Assembly (NCBI RefSeq): GCF_016433145.1
Contig: NC_058134.1
Coordinates: forward strand, 216,036,257-216,100,256
Origin: Gracilinanus agilis
Taxonomy: Eukaryota
Direction of reading: 5' to 3'
DNA: 64,000 bases
Within the stretch, counting starts at the first letter, position 1. Every line of letters begins with the position of its first letter. The notes below the pieces were generated by a model. That model saw nothing but the letters and a program-made list of their open reading frames with translations. It did not search any database and was not told the origin of the DNA. The position numbers and the translations under genes are program-made. Shown here in pieces: positions 23,018 to 34,740 of the stretch.

Positions 23018-24820
23018 TTCTAGAGCCTGATACATTCAGAACAGGGTCTCAATCAAAACCAATTGACTGACTGTCCATTTGTCCTTAGAACATTTCCTCC
23101 TCCTTTCTTCTCCAAACTCTTTTCTGTGACACCCTAAGCTCATTCCATGTCCAGGGGACCTCGTTAATGAGACAAAAGGCTGCATTCAGAGATATGGAGT
23201 GAGTGGTGTCCACACTAAGGAGGGAAGGGTCCTCTTTTGCTGCTATGGTCTGGGGGACCACAATGGAAGTATGTGCTCAATTTTGGATCCATGTTAAGAA
23301 GGGTGGTGACAAAGGACCAGGCAATTAGGAGGACAAGAAAACTCAAAACCAGGCTATAAAAGGCCCAGATGAAGAAGGAGAGATCTCAGGCTCAAGAAGG
23401 GAATTCTTGGGCATGTGACTTTTACCAAGCACAAGAGGGATTCCACTGATTGCGTGCAGTCATAAGATCTAACTATGAGCAACAAATGGAAACTCTGAGG
23501 TTGATTTGGGGGAAATTCCTTACATTGGAAAACCAGAATGGGCTCACTTTGAAGGTAGTGGGTTAATAATAGCAAGGATTTACATAATGCTTTAAGATTT
23601 ACAAAGAACCTTACCAATATTATTTAATCCTTACAATAACACTGGGAAGTAGCTGCTATAATTATCCCCAATTAACAGATGAAGAAACTGAGGTGGAGAA
23701 AACTTTTGGGACTTGCTCAGGATCGCACAGCTAATAAGTGTATGAATCTGGATTTAAACTCAGGTCTTCCTGACTCCAGGCCCAGTGTTAGGTGTACTGT
23801 GGCGCCTTCTAGCTGCCTCTTAGTTTCCTGTGACTCCAGGTCCTGAAAAGTCCAAATGGACAAATTATTTATTGATGTTGTAAAGTGAATCCCAGTTGCA
23901 GAATTGATGGAATTGGTTGTTCTCAGAGGTCTCCCAATGAAGAGATTCTATGATTTTATTCAAATGATGTTAGGGCTTCTCTAAGGGAAAAACAAAGGAG
24001 CTAATTTTGCTCTCTGTGGCCACTATGGTGGAGCTTCAGAGGGATGATGGAGTCAAGTTCAAGTCTGTGCCTCAAGCCAAATCCTGACAGTGAACTTACA
24101 GGCTGAGGAGGAGCTGGTGTCAAACCTTTGCTCTACTTCCTACCTGGGTGACCATGAGCAACCAACTTGTCATTTATCCTGAGACTGTTCCTCCCAATTA
24201 TAGCGCTTTTTTCTCCTCCAAACTTAACTGATGAAAACTGACTTCAGGCTTGGGAACTGTTATGAGGAAAATTAGGATTTTAGACATTTAGTGTAAATAG
24301 CACCCAGGCTGTCAGATAAAACTAAAGGTTCCAGTGATGGAATAATAGTGGCAAGGAAGGAAGTCTTTCCTGAGGACTTTGATATGGAGGGAACAGTGTG
24401 ATGCTGTTTAACTGCCTCTAGTGGAGAGCCCAGGACAGGGGATTTTTCTCTATCAAGGAGTCATCTGTCCTGCCAGGAAGTGCAGGTGTGAGCATTGATC
24501 ACAGCTCTGAAAGGTGGACGTACAGATTGGATCAGCTCTCTGCCTTCATTCTCCCTTTGGATTAATTTGCTGAAGATCTGTGTTCTTGGAAACCCTTGAT
24601 TATCTCTGGAACAGAAGTGAACTCAGTTGTGAGACATCCATTCCCCTTCCAGTCAGTCAGGCTAAACCTGGCAGCCTGCGCTAGTATAATGTAGAGGCTT
24701 TCTCATCTACCTAGAACCCATTCCCTAGACCAGTAGTGTTAGAGTGACCATTTCCCCTTAATCTTACCCTTTAAACTTATTCTTATTATTCTTATTCTAA
24801 TTCTATTATTCTTATTCTAA

Positions 24821-25020
24821 TTATTTTTTTTAAACCCTTACCTTCTGTCTTGGAGTCAATACTGTGTATTGGCTCCAAGGCAAAAGAGTGGTAAGGGTAG
24901 GCAATGGGGATCAAGTGACTTGCCCAGGGTCACACAGCTTGGAAGTGTCTGAGGCCAGATTTGAACCTAGGACCTCCCATTTCTAGGCCTGGCTCTCAAT
25001 CCACTGAGCTACCCATCTGC
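24821..25020 (-). mobile_element. Marsupial CORE-SINE with CTTATT-type tail
   Basis: Complete reverse-complement SINE; simple-repeat tail at 24776-24820. Confidence 0.88.
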
Positions 25021-25543
25021 TCCCTCCCCCTTTTAACTTATTACTAAAACTATTACTTTTAACTTCCTATTGTTTCTTATCAACCCAGTGAACTCACCAT
25101 AGTAAGTAGGTATGCCTGGCTGATGTAGTCTGAGAGTCTGTTGGATCTTAACTGCCACTCACTCAAACTGTCACAACCCATTCCCAAGTCCTGTGTTTGT
25201 GGGTGTGGGTATAATTTCCCTATTTGTATTTGTCCAAGTTAGTTATCCCTCTTCACCCAAACATTCCTCCTTCTCCCCTTCTCTAAACCCAGTGTTTAAT
25301 TTACCCATTTACAGAACTCTGAGCACCAAGGCCATCAAGGATGAAGCCTACTGTCCTGCTGAGACAGAAGGAATGGACCCACAGTGTTCAGGCCTGGATA
25401 CAGCCAATGGAAGAGCTGGCTTTGCTTGCCCAGGCTTATTGGGAACAAGGGCTTTTCTTTTCTTCTGTCCCATGGAAGGAGAGGGAAAAAAAATGCTTAC
25501 TTAATGAAATTATTGCTTAATTTAAAATTATTAAAGTTAGTAT

Positions 25544-25700
25544 GGGGCAGCAAGGTGGCTCAGAGGTTAGAGAGCCAGGCCTGGAGACAGGAAGTCCTGG
25601 GTTCAAATCTAGCCTCAGAAATGGCCTATCTCTGTGACCCTTGGGCAAGTTACTTAACCTCTATTACCCAGCTCTTGCAACTCTTCTGTCTTAGAATCGA
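25544..25700 (+). mobile_element. Older marsupial CORE-SINE
   Basis: GGGGCAGCAAGGTGGCTCAG head, GGTTCAAATC B-box, core GTGACCCTTGGGCAAGT. Confidence 0.8.
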
Positions 25701-26730
25701 TTGGTTCCTAGGTTTTTAAAAACCTAGGAGACAAATGCTATCATTTCCATTAGATCAAAGCATTCCATTTTCCACTTTATTTCCTTCATGAGTTTATTAT
25801 AGTATGTGTGATATGTATCTTCTATAACAATATGAGCCAAAAGGAAATATGTATTGTATGAAAGTATGGGTAAATTTATATCAGACTAATTTATGGCTTT
25901 GGGGGTAGGAGGTAGGGAGAAATCTGAATCCTAAAACGTCTGAAAACAATTGTCAAAAAGTATTTCTACATGTAACTGAAAATTTTTAATTTTTAAAAAT
26001 TAGTTTAAATTAGCTAAAATCATTCATCTAAACAAAATTTAAATCAATTGAAATTAAATTAAAAATTGATTTTTAAAACCCTGATATCCCAGAATCCTAA
26101 ATGTTGAGACATTAGAGGTTATCCAAGGAAATTTGGACTTTAGTGATGTGTCTGATTTTCTCATGGTGTGGTAGATGGGCAACTCTCTAAGGGAATTTCC
26201 TCACCTCCACCATTGAAACCCCAGGTTCCAATTACTATCCCTAGCTCAGAAACCTGAGAATCCAGCACTCTGACAAGTAAATGTAGTTTGTCCTCCTGGG
26301 GCTCAGGATGGGGCATCTTCTACTTGATCCAATGAGGCTGGTATAACACTGGGCCAAGGCCCTGGCACATGTTCTTCTGGAGCTCTACCATGAAGGAGAA
26401 TCTTTCCCCTTTCCTCAAAGTGGGTCTGAATTTTGCAACCATCAAAAGTATTTGGCACCAGGCCTGGGGAAGTATGATAAAGCTAGGTAGCCAACACTGG
26501 TTTTATTGTTTTAAAAATGAATGAACTATAACTGTGCAGCAAGGAGACACATTTTCTTAGATGACAAATGGGCTGAAGCCCCCAAACCTCCCGAGCAATG
26601 CCAGCCTTATTAGAAGTTGTCCTAAGTCCTCCTGGGACTGCCTTGAAGGACAGTCTGCTCTCTGTCTTTGTATCTACTCCTCTGACTCTAGCTGGGTGGG
26701 TCCTGTGCCCCCACCACCACCACCACTCAC

Positions 26731-26808
26731 AGAATGCAGATTGGAGAGAGAGGCTGACTTCCGAGGGGGTGTCTTCTTGGGACTGAATGTATTCCCGAAG
26801 AGGGGCAT
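26731..26808 (-). CDS. CBY1: Chibby homolog 1 (beta-catenin antagonist, basal-body protein), first coding exon
   Basis: MPLFGNTFSPKKTPPRKSASLSNLHS; ATG at 26808, donor TCT|GTGAGT. The exon's acceptor TTCCCTCAG| is at 26849, leaving 40 nt of 5'UTR in the exon. Confidence 0.96.
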
Positions 26809-28799
26809 CTCTAGTGGGCTCCCAGCACAGCTCTGCCTTCTCCTGGAGCTGAGGGAACAAAGCAGGGGCAGAAGTTAGATGACCAGTGGGGATAGTCTCT
26901 GTCACTGAGCCTATATCAGGACATGCTGCCTAGCACCCCCTGCCAGCACATCAATGACCCTCCCAACCACTATCAGATGCTTCTTTCTATCTTGGACTGC
27001 AAACACCCCCCAAGGCCAAGTGCCATTCCTTCATTAATTATCTCTGCAAAGCAACAGCAGGCACTCAGAAGAGGTGTGCTAACCTGCAGACAGAATGTCT
27101 TGGTCATCACTAGACTTACTGAGACAGAAGAATGGGGCTGATATCAAGCTACTTGTCTGCTACTTGGGGTCCTCACTAGGCTTTTACTGGCCACCCCAAA
27201 GGACCATTTGAGGGTTTCTGAGGCAGCCCAAAGCAGTGGAGGTAGAGTCATAGAATCACAGAGAGGACCAGCCAAAAGAGATTTTCTTTTACAAAAGAGG
27301 AAACTGAGGCCCAGAAAGGTTGCCTTGCCTTGGGTCATACAGGTAGTGGACAGCAAATCTGGGATTTGAACAAAGGCCCTTGGGCTCTGTAGACATTCTA
27401 TGCTCTGGCTATTAACTCATGGCCAGGGATCGTATATTTCTCCAACACTCAGCAGCCCCCCAATCTGCCCTCTCCAAAGCAGCTCATTAGAGAGACCAGG
27501 CTGGTTTTACAAATCACCCTCCTTTCCCAGTTTACCCATTTTCTCCATTGGATTACTGGTACTAACTGTGATTCCACTACTAACTCTGTCTGGAGGAATG
27601 CTCCTAGGGATGCTAAAGTCTAAGTGGGCAGAAGGCAGGAATCATTTTGGCAATTATCTGTGGAACCACTTAACCTTCACTTTCTAATGTGCCCATGACT
27701 ATGACAATCTCCAAGGCTTCTCAATTTAAGTTCAGATGTGAGGGTCAGAGGGAGGTCTCTCACAACTCTCCATTGCCAAGACTGACCTTATTTACCATTG
27801 GGTTGTTGAGAGGGTTCAAGGGATCCAAAGCCACAATCTGGTCAAGGGCCCTAAAAATGTTTCCCCTTAAAAATTATTGTTCTGTTACTGTTAAGCACTT
27901 CTAGACAGTTTATCATATGTCTACGGCATGCCAAAAGGGCAGGCATGTGCACAGCACTGTGGACATAAAGAGGAATCTAAGTCTAGTCCAGAGGAGAGAT
28001 GGGTGGAGAGACCAGAACCCCTGGAGGACACCACTCTCAGCTTGGCAAGCCCTTAGAAGCCATCAAGTCCAACAAGTTACAGATGAGGAAACTGAGGTTG
28101 AGACTTTGCCCAGCGTCATCTAGTAAGTTGGTAAGGGGTTGAGGCAGAATTCAAACCCTGAGTCTTCCTAACTGACCCCTGGCATTCCAACCCCCAGACC
28201 CCTTGGACTCTGAACAAATCTCTGAAGCTGCTTCTAGAGCTCCAACACCTATGCTCCTAAACCCAGGGAGATGGTGATAAAGAAAGAGAGAACCCTTAGT
28301 CAATTTTAGGACGTTGAACAAACTGGAACCATTATTAATAGCCCCAGGCTAAACCCTGTATCCCAAGTATTCACCAAACAGGAGCTTCTGTTCTGAGACA
28401 ATACAACTGCCAACAACAACATACGGACTCCTACTATGTGTCAGGCACTGTAGAAATCGCTTTACAATCATTATCCCATTTGATCCAACAACTCTGGGAT
28501 GCAGGTGTTATTATCATCTGTGCTTTACAGATGGGGAACACTAAGGCGGACAGAGGTGAAGTCACTTGCCCAGGGGGTCACACTGCTGGGAAGTGTCTGA
28601 AAATGGTTTTGAACTCAGATCTTCCTGACTCTAGGACCAGTGCTCTATCCATTTCATACATACAAACCAGGCAATCACTTAAAATATGAACATTAAGCAC
28701 TTGCTGTGTCTGGCGCCTCTGTGGGTACCCAGGATGGCCAAATACAAACAAGTCTGCCTTAGGGAACTGATTGCCTACTGGGAGAGCATCATCAGCAGA

Positions 28800-29900
28800 G
28801 ACAAGTACGTGCAAGGCGCCCGCTGCGCGTTGGCTGGGGCTGTCTAGGCGAGAATCGGAGCCTCCCCTAAGGAAGCTCACATTCTGTTGGGAAGACAACT
28901 CGTTCGCAGACATATACATGCAAAGCCACCGCTTCCCGTGCACACATCTGGCGCCTGCTGTGTGATCAGCCCAGGAATTGGGGGCGCTGACTGACTGGGG
29001 GAAGAAGATGCTTAGGCAAACAAAAAAATGGCTACAGAACCAAAAGAAAGATGCTCACGTACCTGCGGGACGCAGCCTGCGCCCACTCAGCACAAAGTCG
29101 CGCAGCTCAACGGCCCGCCCAGCCCCGCATGCGCAGCATCGCTATGGGCTCTACCACTTCTCCGGAGCGGGGGTAGCGGGAGATTGCCCGGGAGGTGGAA
29201 GTTAAGACAGAGGGATGTTGTACTCTCTCTCGAGCTATCCTCGGATTCCTTTGCTCTTCTTGGGTCGGAACCACAAGGGTTGGCTTGAGTCTGCTCCCTG
29301 ATAGAAACAGGAAATGGGGAAATATTACCTTCTCCCCCGTGCCTTCTACCCTGTTGCGCTCATCCCCACGCCAACAATAATTGTTCACTGAGGTCGCCAT
29401 GGTAATGGCCTCGCGGCGTTCTTAAGAGGCACGGGAGCGCGCACGAAGGCACGCGGTTTTCCTTAGGTAATAGCTGACTCAAGAACTACACGCACGGTAT
29501 TGTAAATTCATGTGAACGACGGTGGCCGCAAAGGGCCAACGCCTGGGTTCCCATGGGAACGCAGAACGCACAGTAGGCCGAAGTCAAGCAATGGCTACCT
29601 GTCCCGGAGGCCCCACCCTCATGGGGCCCCATCTCTTGGCCTCGGGTAATTCCTCAGGGTGGTGAAAAGGTCGCTCCACCAGGTGCCAGATGGTGCCAGG
29701 GCCAGAGCACATCTCCTCTCGGTTAGACGGGATTGGCCTCGGGGCAGGTAGCATCTACCCTGCTCAGGTAACTGTGCCCGCGGCGGCTCGCCCTTCACGA
29801 CAGCGAACAGCCGTGCTTTACGACTCCCCTCCCCTCTGTTCTTTGTCTCGGTTTGGTGGCGCTTGAACGTGAGCCCTGGTCTTTGGGAATGAGGTGGGCT
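28800..29900. promoter_or_regulatory. Bidirectional CBY1/FAM227A CpG-island promoter with RFX X-boxes and an NRF1-like site
   Basis: CpG-rich. X-boxes GTCGCCATGGTAAT (29393-29406) and palindromic GTTCCCATGGGAAC (29547-29560); CGCATGCGCA at 29126-29135. Candidate first-exon donors: minus CAG|GTACGT at 29063/29062 (CBY1), plus CAG|GTAACT at 29767/29768 (FAM227A). Confidence 0.75.
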
Positions 29901-30286
29901 CCACTTATAAAGCCCGTCATTAGTTCCCCTACAACATTCCATCTTCCACTCCGTGCCATTGTTCTCATTCCTAGCCATTTAGCTAGGGGCCCCTCTCCCT
30001 GGAAGAACTTGGCAGTATGTAAGCCTGGGTCATTCAACCTTTGTAGCCTCCCTGGTTGTGAGGATCGAAGAGAGAATTTTTGGGAAGGTCCTGGCACACA
30101 GTAGGAGCTCAATACATTCTTATTCCCTCCCTTCTGATAGAATGAAGCTCCCTGAGGGAGCCCACAGGGTGCACTGTACACGGGAACATTGAATGAATGC
30201 CATTTTGTAGGTCGAGCTTTGCCATCTCCACGTCCCAGCACAGTGCCTGGCACACAGTAAATGTTAGTCTTTAAAGTGCACAGAGA

Positions 30287-30392
30287 CCAGCTGTGTGACC
30301 CTGGACAAGTCACTTGACCCCCATTGCCCACCCTTACCACCCTTCCATCTATGAGCCAATACACAGAAGTTAAGGGTTTAAAAAAAAAAAAA
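30287..30392 (+). mobile_element. 5'-truncated young SINE
   Basis: 3' half of a SINE1_Mdo-like element with poly-A. Confidence 0.85.
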
Positions 30393-31309
30393 TTAAGTGC
30401 AGGGAGAGATTTGTCTTCTAACAGCCCTGAGGCAAAGTCAGAATCCCAGTGACCTGCCAGAAGCCATAGAACTAGTCAGTTTGTCCTGGGATAAATTGTT
30501 ATTTGATAGTAGAAGGTGATTTGGACTGAGTAGGGGGGCTGGGAATGGGCATTTATTAAGTACTTATTGTGTGCCTAGTACTGTGATAAACATATTTCTA
30601 ACCCTTTGATCTGAATTCTGAGGGTGTTAGATTCCTTTAGAGTTTACCTTAGAGCCCAAGGGCCACTTCTTGCATTGGCCCCTCTTCAGTTCTGCTTCAT
30701 TTCTACCCCTCCTTGGTGCATAAGCCCCTTTAGGGCAGAAAGAATTGGGCTCTTTGTATCCCCATAGCCAAACCTGTAGGAAGCCCTTAAGAAATAAATG
30801 TTTGTTGACTGATGGCTGGGACCCCTTCCTTTTGTGTCTTTGTACTCCTTGAGACTAGCCTGGACCATGTTTAGTGAAAGAATGAATGAATGAATGAAGT
30901 GTATGAATGATTCCAAGCCAGCTGAACCCATCTGGATGAAGCTTCTCCTTCAGGCTGTACCTCCTGACCCTGGTGATTGACCCTGGCCCTCTACCACTGA
31001 ATGTTAGCCTACCCATAGAATTTAGGAAGCATGAATCCAGAATAATTGTGATGAAAAGAAAGACAAGCTGAACAAAAGTCAAATCAGAGGAGGACAAGGA
31101 GAGGGACATTTAATAGTAGACCAAGGTCCCAGTTGTGCCATGGAGAAGCTTTGGGACCATTAGCAAAACCTTTCTCAGGGCCTCAGTCTCTGTACTTGTC
31201 AGATGAAAGATGTGGATGGGATGTTCTCTAAGGTCTCATTAGGAGTAAGTCACAGCAACTGTCTGTGTCCCAGCCATCCTCCCGACTGCTCCTTAAGGGG
31301 GACTCCCTG

Positions 31310-33350
31310 TGTTATGGGAAAGCTTTAAGGTAAAATCCTGGATGTGGACAGGTTGCCTTTGTCAAAAATGACAGACGCCAACAGCTAGCTTAAGAATTAA
31401 GAGGTTTTTTTCTATCCATAATTTTTTTATTGTTGTTTTGTTGATTAATTGGGAAGAAAGATTTATTCATTTGAATGTAAGTCAAATGGTTAAGTCCAGT
31501 TGGATAGCTGAGGGAGGCAGAGCAGGTAGAATGCTGCCTCCTAGAGATGTGTTCTGGGCTTTTTATACCCGGTCAACAACAGGGCCTATGTGACTAGATA
31601 GGATAATGATGGCATGTTACTGGGTCTTTTATTTAATTAATTAAATGGAAATTTTCAATTAAAAAATAAAAACACCCCCAGAATTAAAAAGAAAAGAAAA
31701 AGGAGCAGCCAGGTTGCACAATGAATAAAGCACCATGCCTGGAGATAGGAGGTCCTGGGTTAAAATGTGACCTCAAACACTTCCTAGCTGTTTGTGAATG
31801 TGTTGTCAATGTGAAATCTGGGGGACCCCAAAGTCTGTGTGTCTATTTGAATTTAGCAACCCCAAGTTTAGTCAGCTTGAAAGATGGAGACCCCAAGAGT
31901 CCTGATTCCCATGAGAATTCACCACAAAGGGAATCTCAGTCTACCAGTTTCAGACTGAGGTCCTAGGTTCAGATCTGGCCTCAGACACTTACCAGCTGTG
32001 TGATCCTGGGCAAGTAACTTAACCCCCATTGCCTACCCTTACCACTCTTCTGCCTTGGAGCCAATATTAATATGGTAAGAACTCCTAGAATGGTGACTGT
32101 ATAAGTGATAAGAAGGGGACTTGTGGGACAGATATTACCAAGGTGGAAATGATAGGCTACAGCTACCTATTGCATGTGAAAGTGAGGAGTCGAGGAAAAT
32201 ATAGTGACTGGGAAACTGGTTACCTGGCAAGATAGTGGTACCTTAACAGAAGTAGGGAAGCTCAGAATAGGATTGTGTTTTGGGCTAAAAGATAAATTCT
32301 GTTTTGGATATGTTCAATTTGAGATGTTGGAATGTAGGCACCACCTGTGGGTTTTAGCTTCCTTTCACTGTGTGTGGACAGGTGAATCCTTGCACTACTC
32401 AAAGAATATTGGCTCCAAGGCAGAAGGTATAGAGGACCAGCTCTATATGGCAGGGGTCCTGAGTGGCGTTTTACGGCGTCGGATTGCTAAGACAGGAAAA
32501 GAAACTGAGAACAGCCGAACTAGAGGTTAGCCCATGCTGATCCCATGCTATGGGATTTTTGACTTTATTTTATACTGGTTTCAAACAAAGAACACAAAGA
32601 AAGAATCACAGCTGTGAAGGAGGTTATAAATCATACACAATCCATTAAAGTCTAAAAAGTAGAGATATGGGTGCAAGGACAAGGGCCAAATTCCAACCAC
32701 CAATTAGTAGGGTTTACTTCTGGGAGCAGAAATAAATTTCATGGAGATGTTTACTAATTGCGTTCTGCCTTGATTTACAGATCTGCACCTGGTCAGATAG
32801 TCTGGACTAAATTGTCCGGCTCCAGTCTTTATCTAAGTAATATATTTTTTAGGTTTCAGGCTTCTTAATTATCAAGGAGAGAAATTGTCAAGGAGAGGAA
32901 TTGTTAACTCAGTAGCTGCTGGTCTGGTTAAGGACTCAAAGCTTTCCAATAAGAATGTTGAGAGAATGTGGGGATCTAAAAATGAGTCAAAAGAGGAGCC
33001 TCAGATTTTTACCTTAGATGGTCCATTCTATCTGCATCTGACATGTAGTGCAGAAAAATCATACACGCAGTTTTACTTGCCGATGATTTTGTAATGGGAT
33101 CCAGATAAAACATCTATTACAGACTCTGTTTCTCTAAATGACTCCTAATAGCCTCTTGGAGGGGTCAAGTTGTTTTTGGATTAATCTACCTGCTGGTATC
33201 AGAGCTTTTCAGGGCTCAGGTGACCAGGACCAAACACAAAGACTGCCTCAGCCTGGATTGGTCACGTAGGGAATCCAGATAACAGGCCCTAAATTTGACC
33301 CTATTTCTCCAATTGGCTTTTTACATATAACGGCTTTCAACAAGAAGGTA
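31310..33350 (-). mobile_element. Cluster of degraded LTR pieces and SINE fragments
   Basis: Minus-strand TATA-like (TTTTATACCC near 31561) and AATAAA-like (near 31472, 32563) motifs in LTR-like sequence; a SINE broken into pieces at ~31705, ~31955 and ~32400. Boundaries uncertain. Confidence 0.45.
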
Positions 33351-33403
33351 AGGGTTTTAAAAAACAAACAAATAAACACCCTGGTCCTAGTAGCTTCTCC
33401 CAT

Positions 33404-34024
33404 TGTTTCAAAGAACTTCCTTAAGTAGCCCAGCCCTGGTCTGGATATTTTCCTTTAGTATCCATGGTAAGTAGTCCACTCCAAGACACCTAACCTCTGG
33501 CCTTGGTTCCTTTCCTAAACCTGTCAATGTAGTTTGAACACTTCCATTTCTTTTTGTTTGTTTTTTAAATCCTTACCTTCTTGAAATCATTGTTTTGGTT
33601 CTAAGGCAGAAGAATGGTAAGGGCTAGGCAATGGGGATTAAGTGACTTGCCCAGGGTCACACAGCTAGCAGTATCTGAGGTCATATTTGAACCCAGAACC
33701 TCCTGGCTCTCAATCCCCTAAGCCACCCAGATGCCCCCACTCCCATTTCTTTGTAACCATAGTAATTGTCAGTCAATCATGTTTCCCTGACCTTCAGTTC
33801 CCCAAAAGGTATATAAGTTGCCCAAATTCTTTTGTTCTTCAGATCTATTATCTCACAGGGTGATTTCTCCCAGGGATCAGTAGCCAGAGTCTCCAGGTCA
33901 TTGAGCTCTGTGTGGTTTTGAACCTGTGACTCAGTGGAGGCCTAAGGATGTACTGCATCCCTCTCCTGGTTAAAGACGTGGGTTTTCTGACTATAATAAT
34001 TTTGTGTTTTTTTCCAGTTTAACA
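33404..34024 (+). mobile_element. Solo LTR related to the adjacent provirus LTR, interrupted by a minus-strand SINE (33553-33742)
   Basis: TATATAA at 33810-33816. Its U5 end (GGTTAAAGACGTGGGTTTTCTGACTATAATAATTTTGTGTTTTTTTCCAGTTTAACA) aligns by eye with the provirus U5 end. SINE TSD CCATTTCTTT. Left boundary uncertain. Confidence 0.65.
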
Positions 34025-34740
34025 CTGTGTAACCCTGGATAAGTCCCTTAATCCTGATTGCCTAGACTTTGCCAGGAAATCTTAGAATTAATGCTATAAT
34101 AAAAGGTAAAGTAGAAAGTAGAAAAGTAGAAAAAGAAAAAAACATTTCTGAAGAGTATATAGGTTTTCCCAGACAAACACCCAAAGGTTAAAAGTCCGGG
34201 TCTGTACTATAGTCTAAGTACTCCATTTTACTGATGAGGAAACTAAGGCCTACAAGTTGATATAATTTGTCTGTGCAATAATGCACAGAATCATGGGAAA
34301 TTCAAATCCATACCTTTAGATTACAAAGTCCAATTCTTTTCTGCTTATTACATATGCTCCACTGCTTTGGAGCTGAGGGTCAAGAAGAAGAGATAGGCCT
34401 AAGGCCATTGTTTTAATGTCCCCTTGCCTCCTTTCACCTCCATTTTTGTTTTTTTCTGAACTTGAAGGAATCTTGGAGATCTTCTATGTCCAGTGATCAC
34501 ATTTTATAGAGTAGGAAAATGAGGCCCAGTGCCATGAAGGGGCTTGTCCAGGGTCACATCCCTAGGTTGAAGTGGCCCCTGGATCCAAGGCGAGTTTCTT
34601 GCTTCTTTTCCCAGTTGGATGACACAGTACTTCATGCCAGGCTTTCAAAGCTGAGGAGACTCTATGGATGTCCTTAGCTGCCCTCATGCTTGAAACCCAA
34701 ATGCCCTTGGAACTGCCCTATAACCTGAGGGAGACAACAC

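Noticed and set aside
29795-30364. 189-aa minus-strand ORF next to the bidirectional promoter
   Set aside because: Runs through SINE and L2-like fragments; the translation is typical of repeat-derived sequence.
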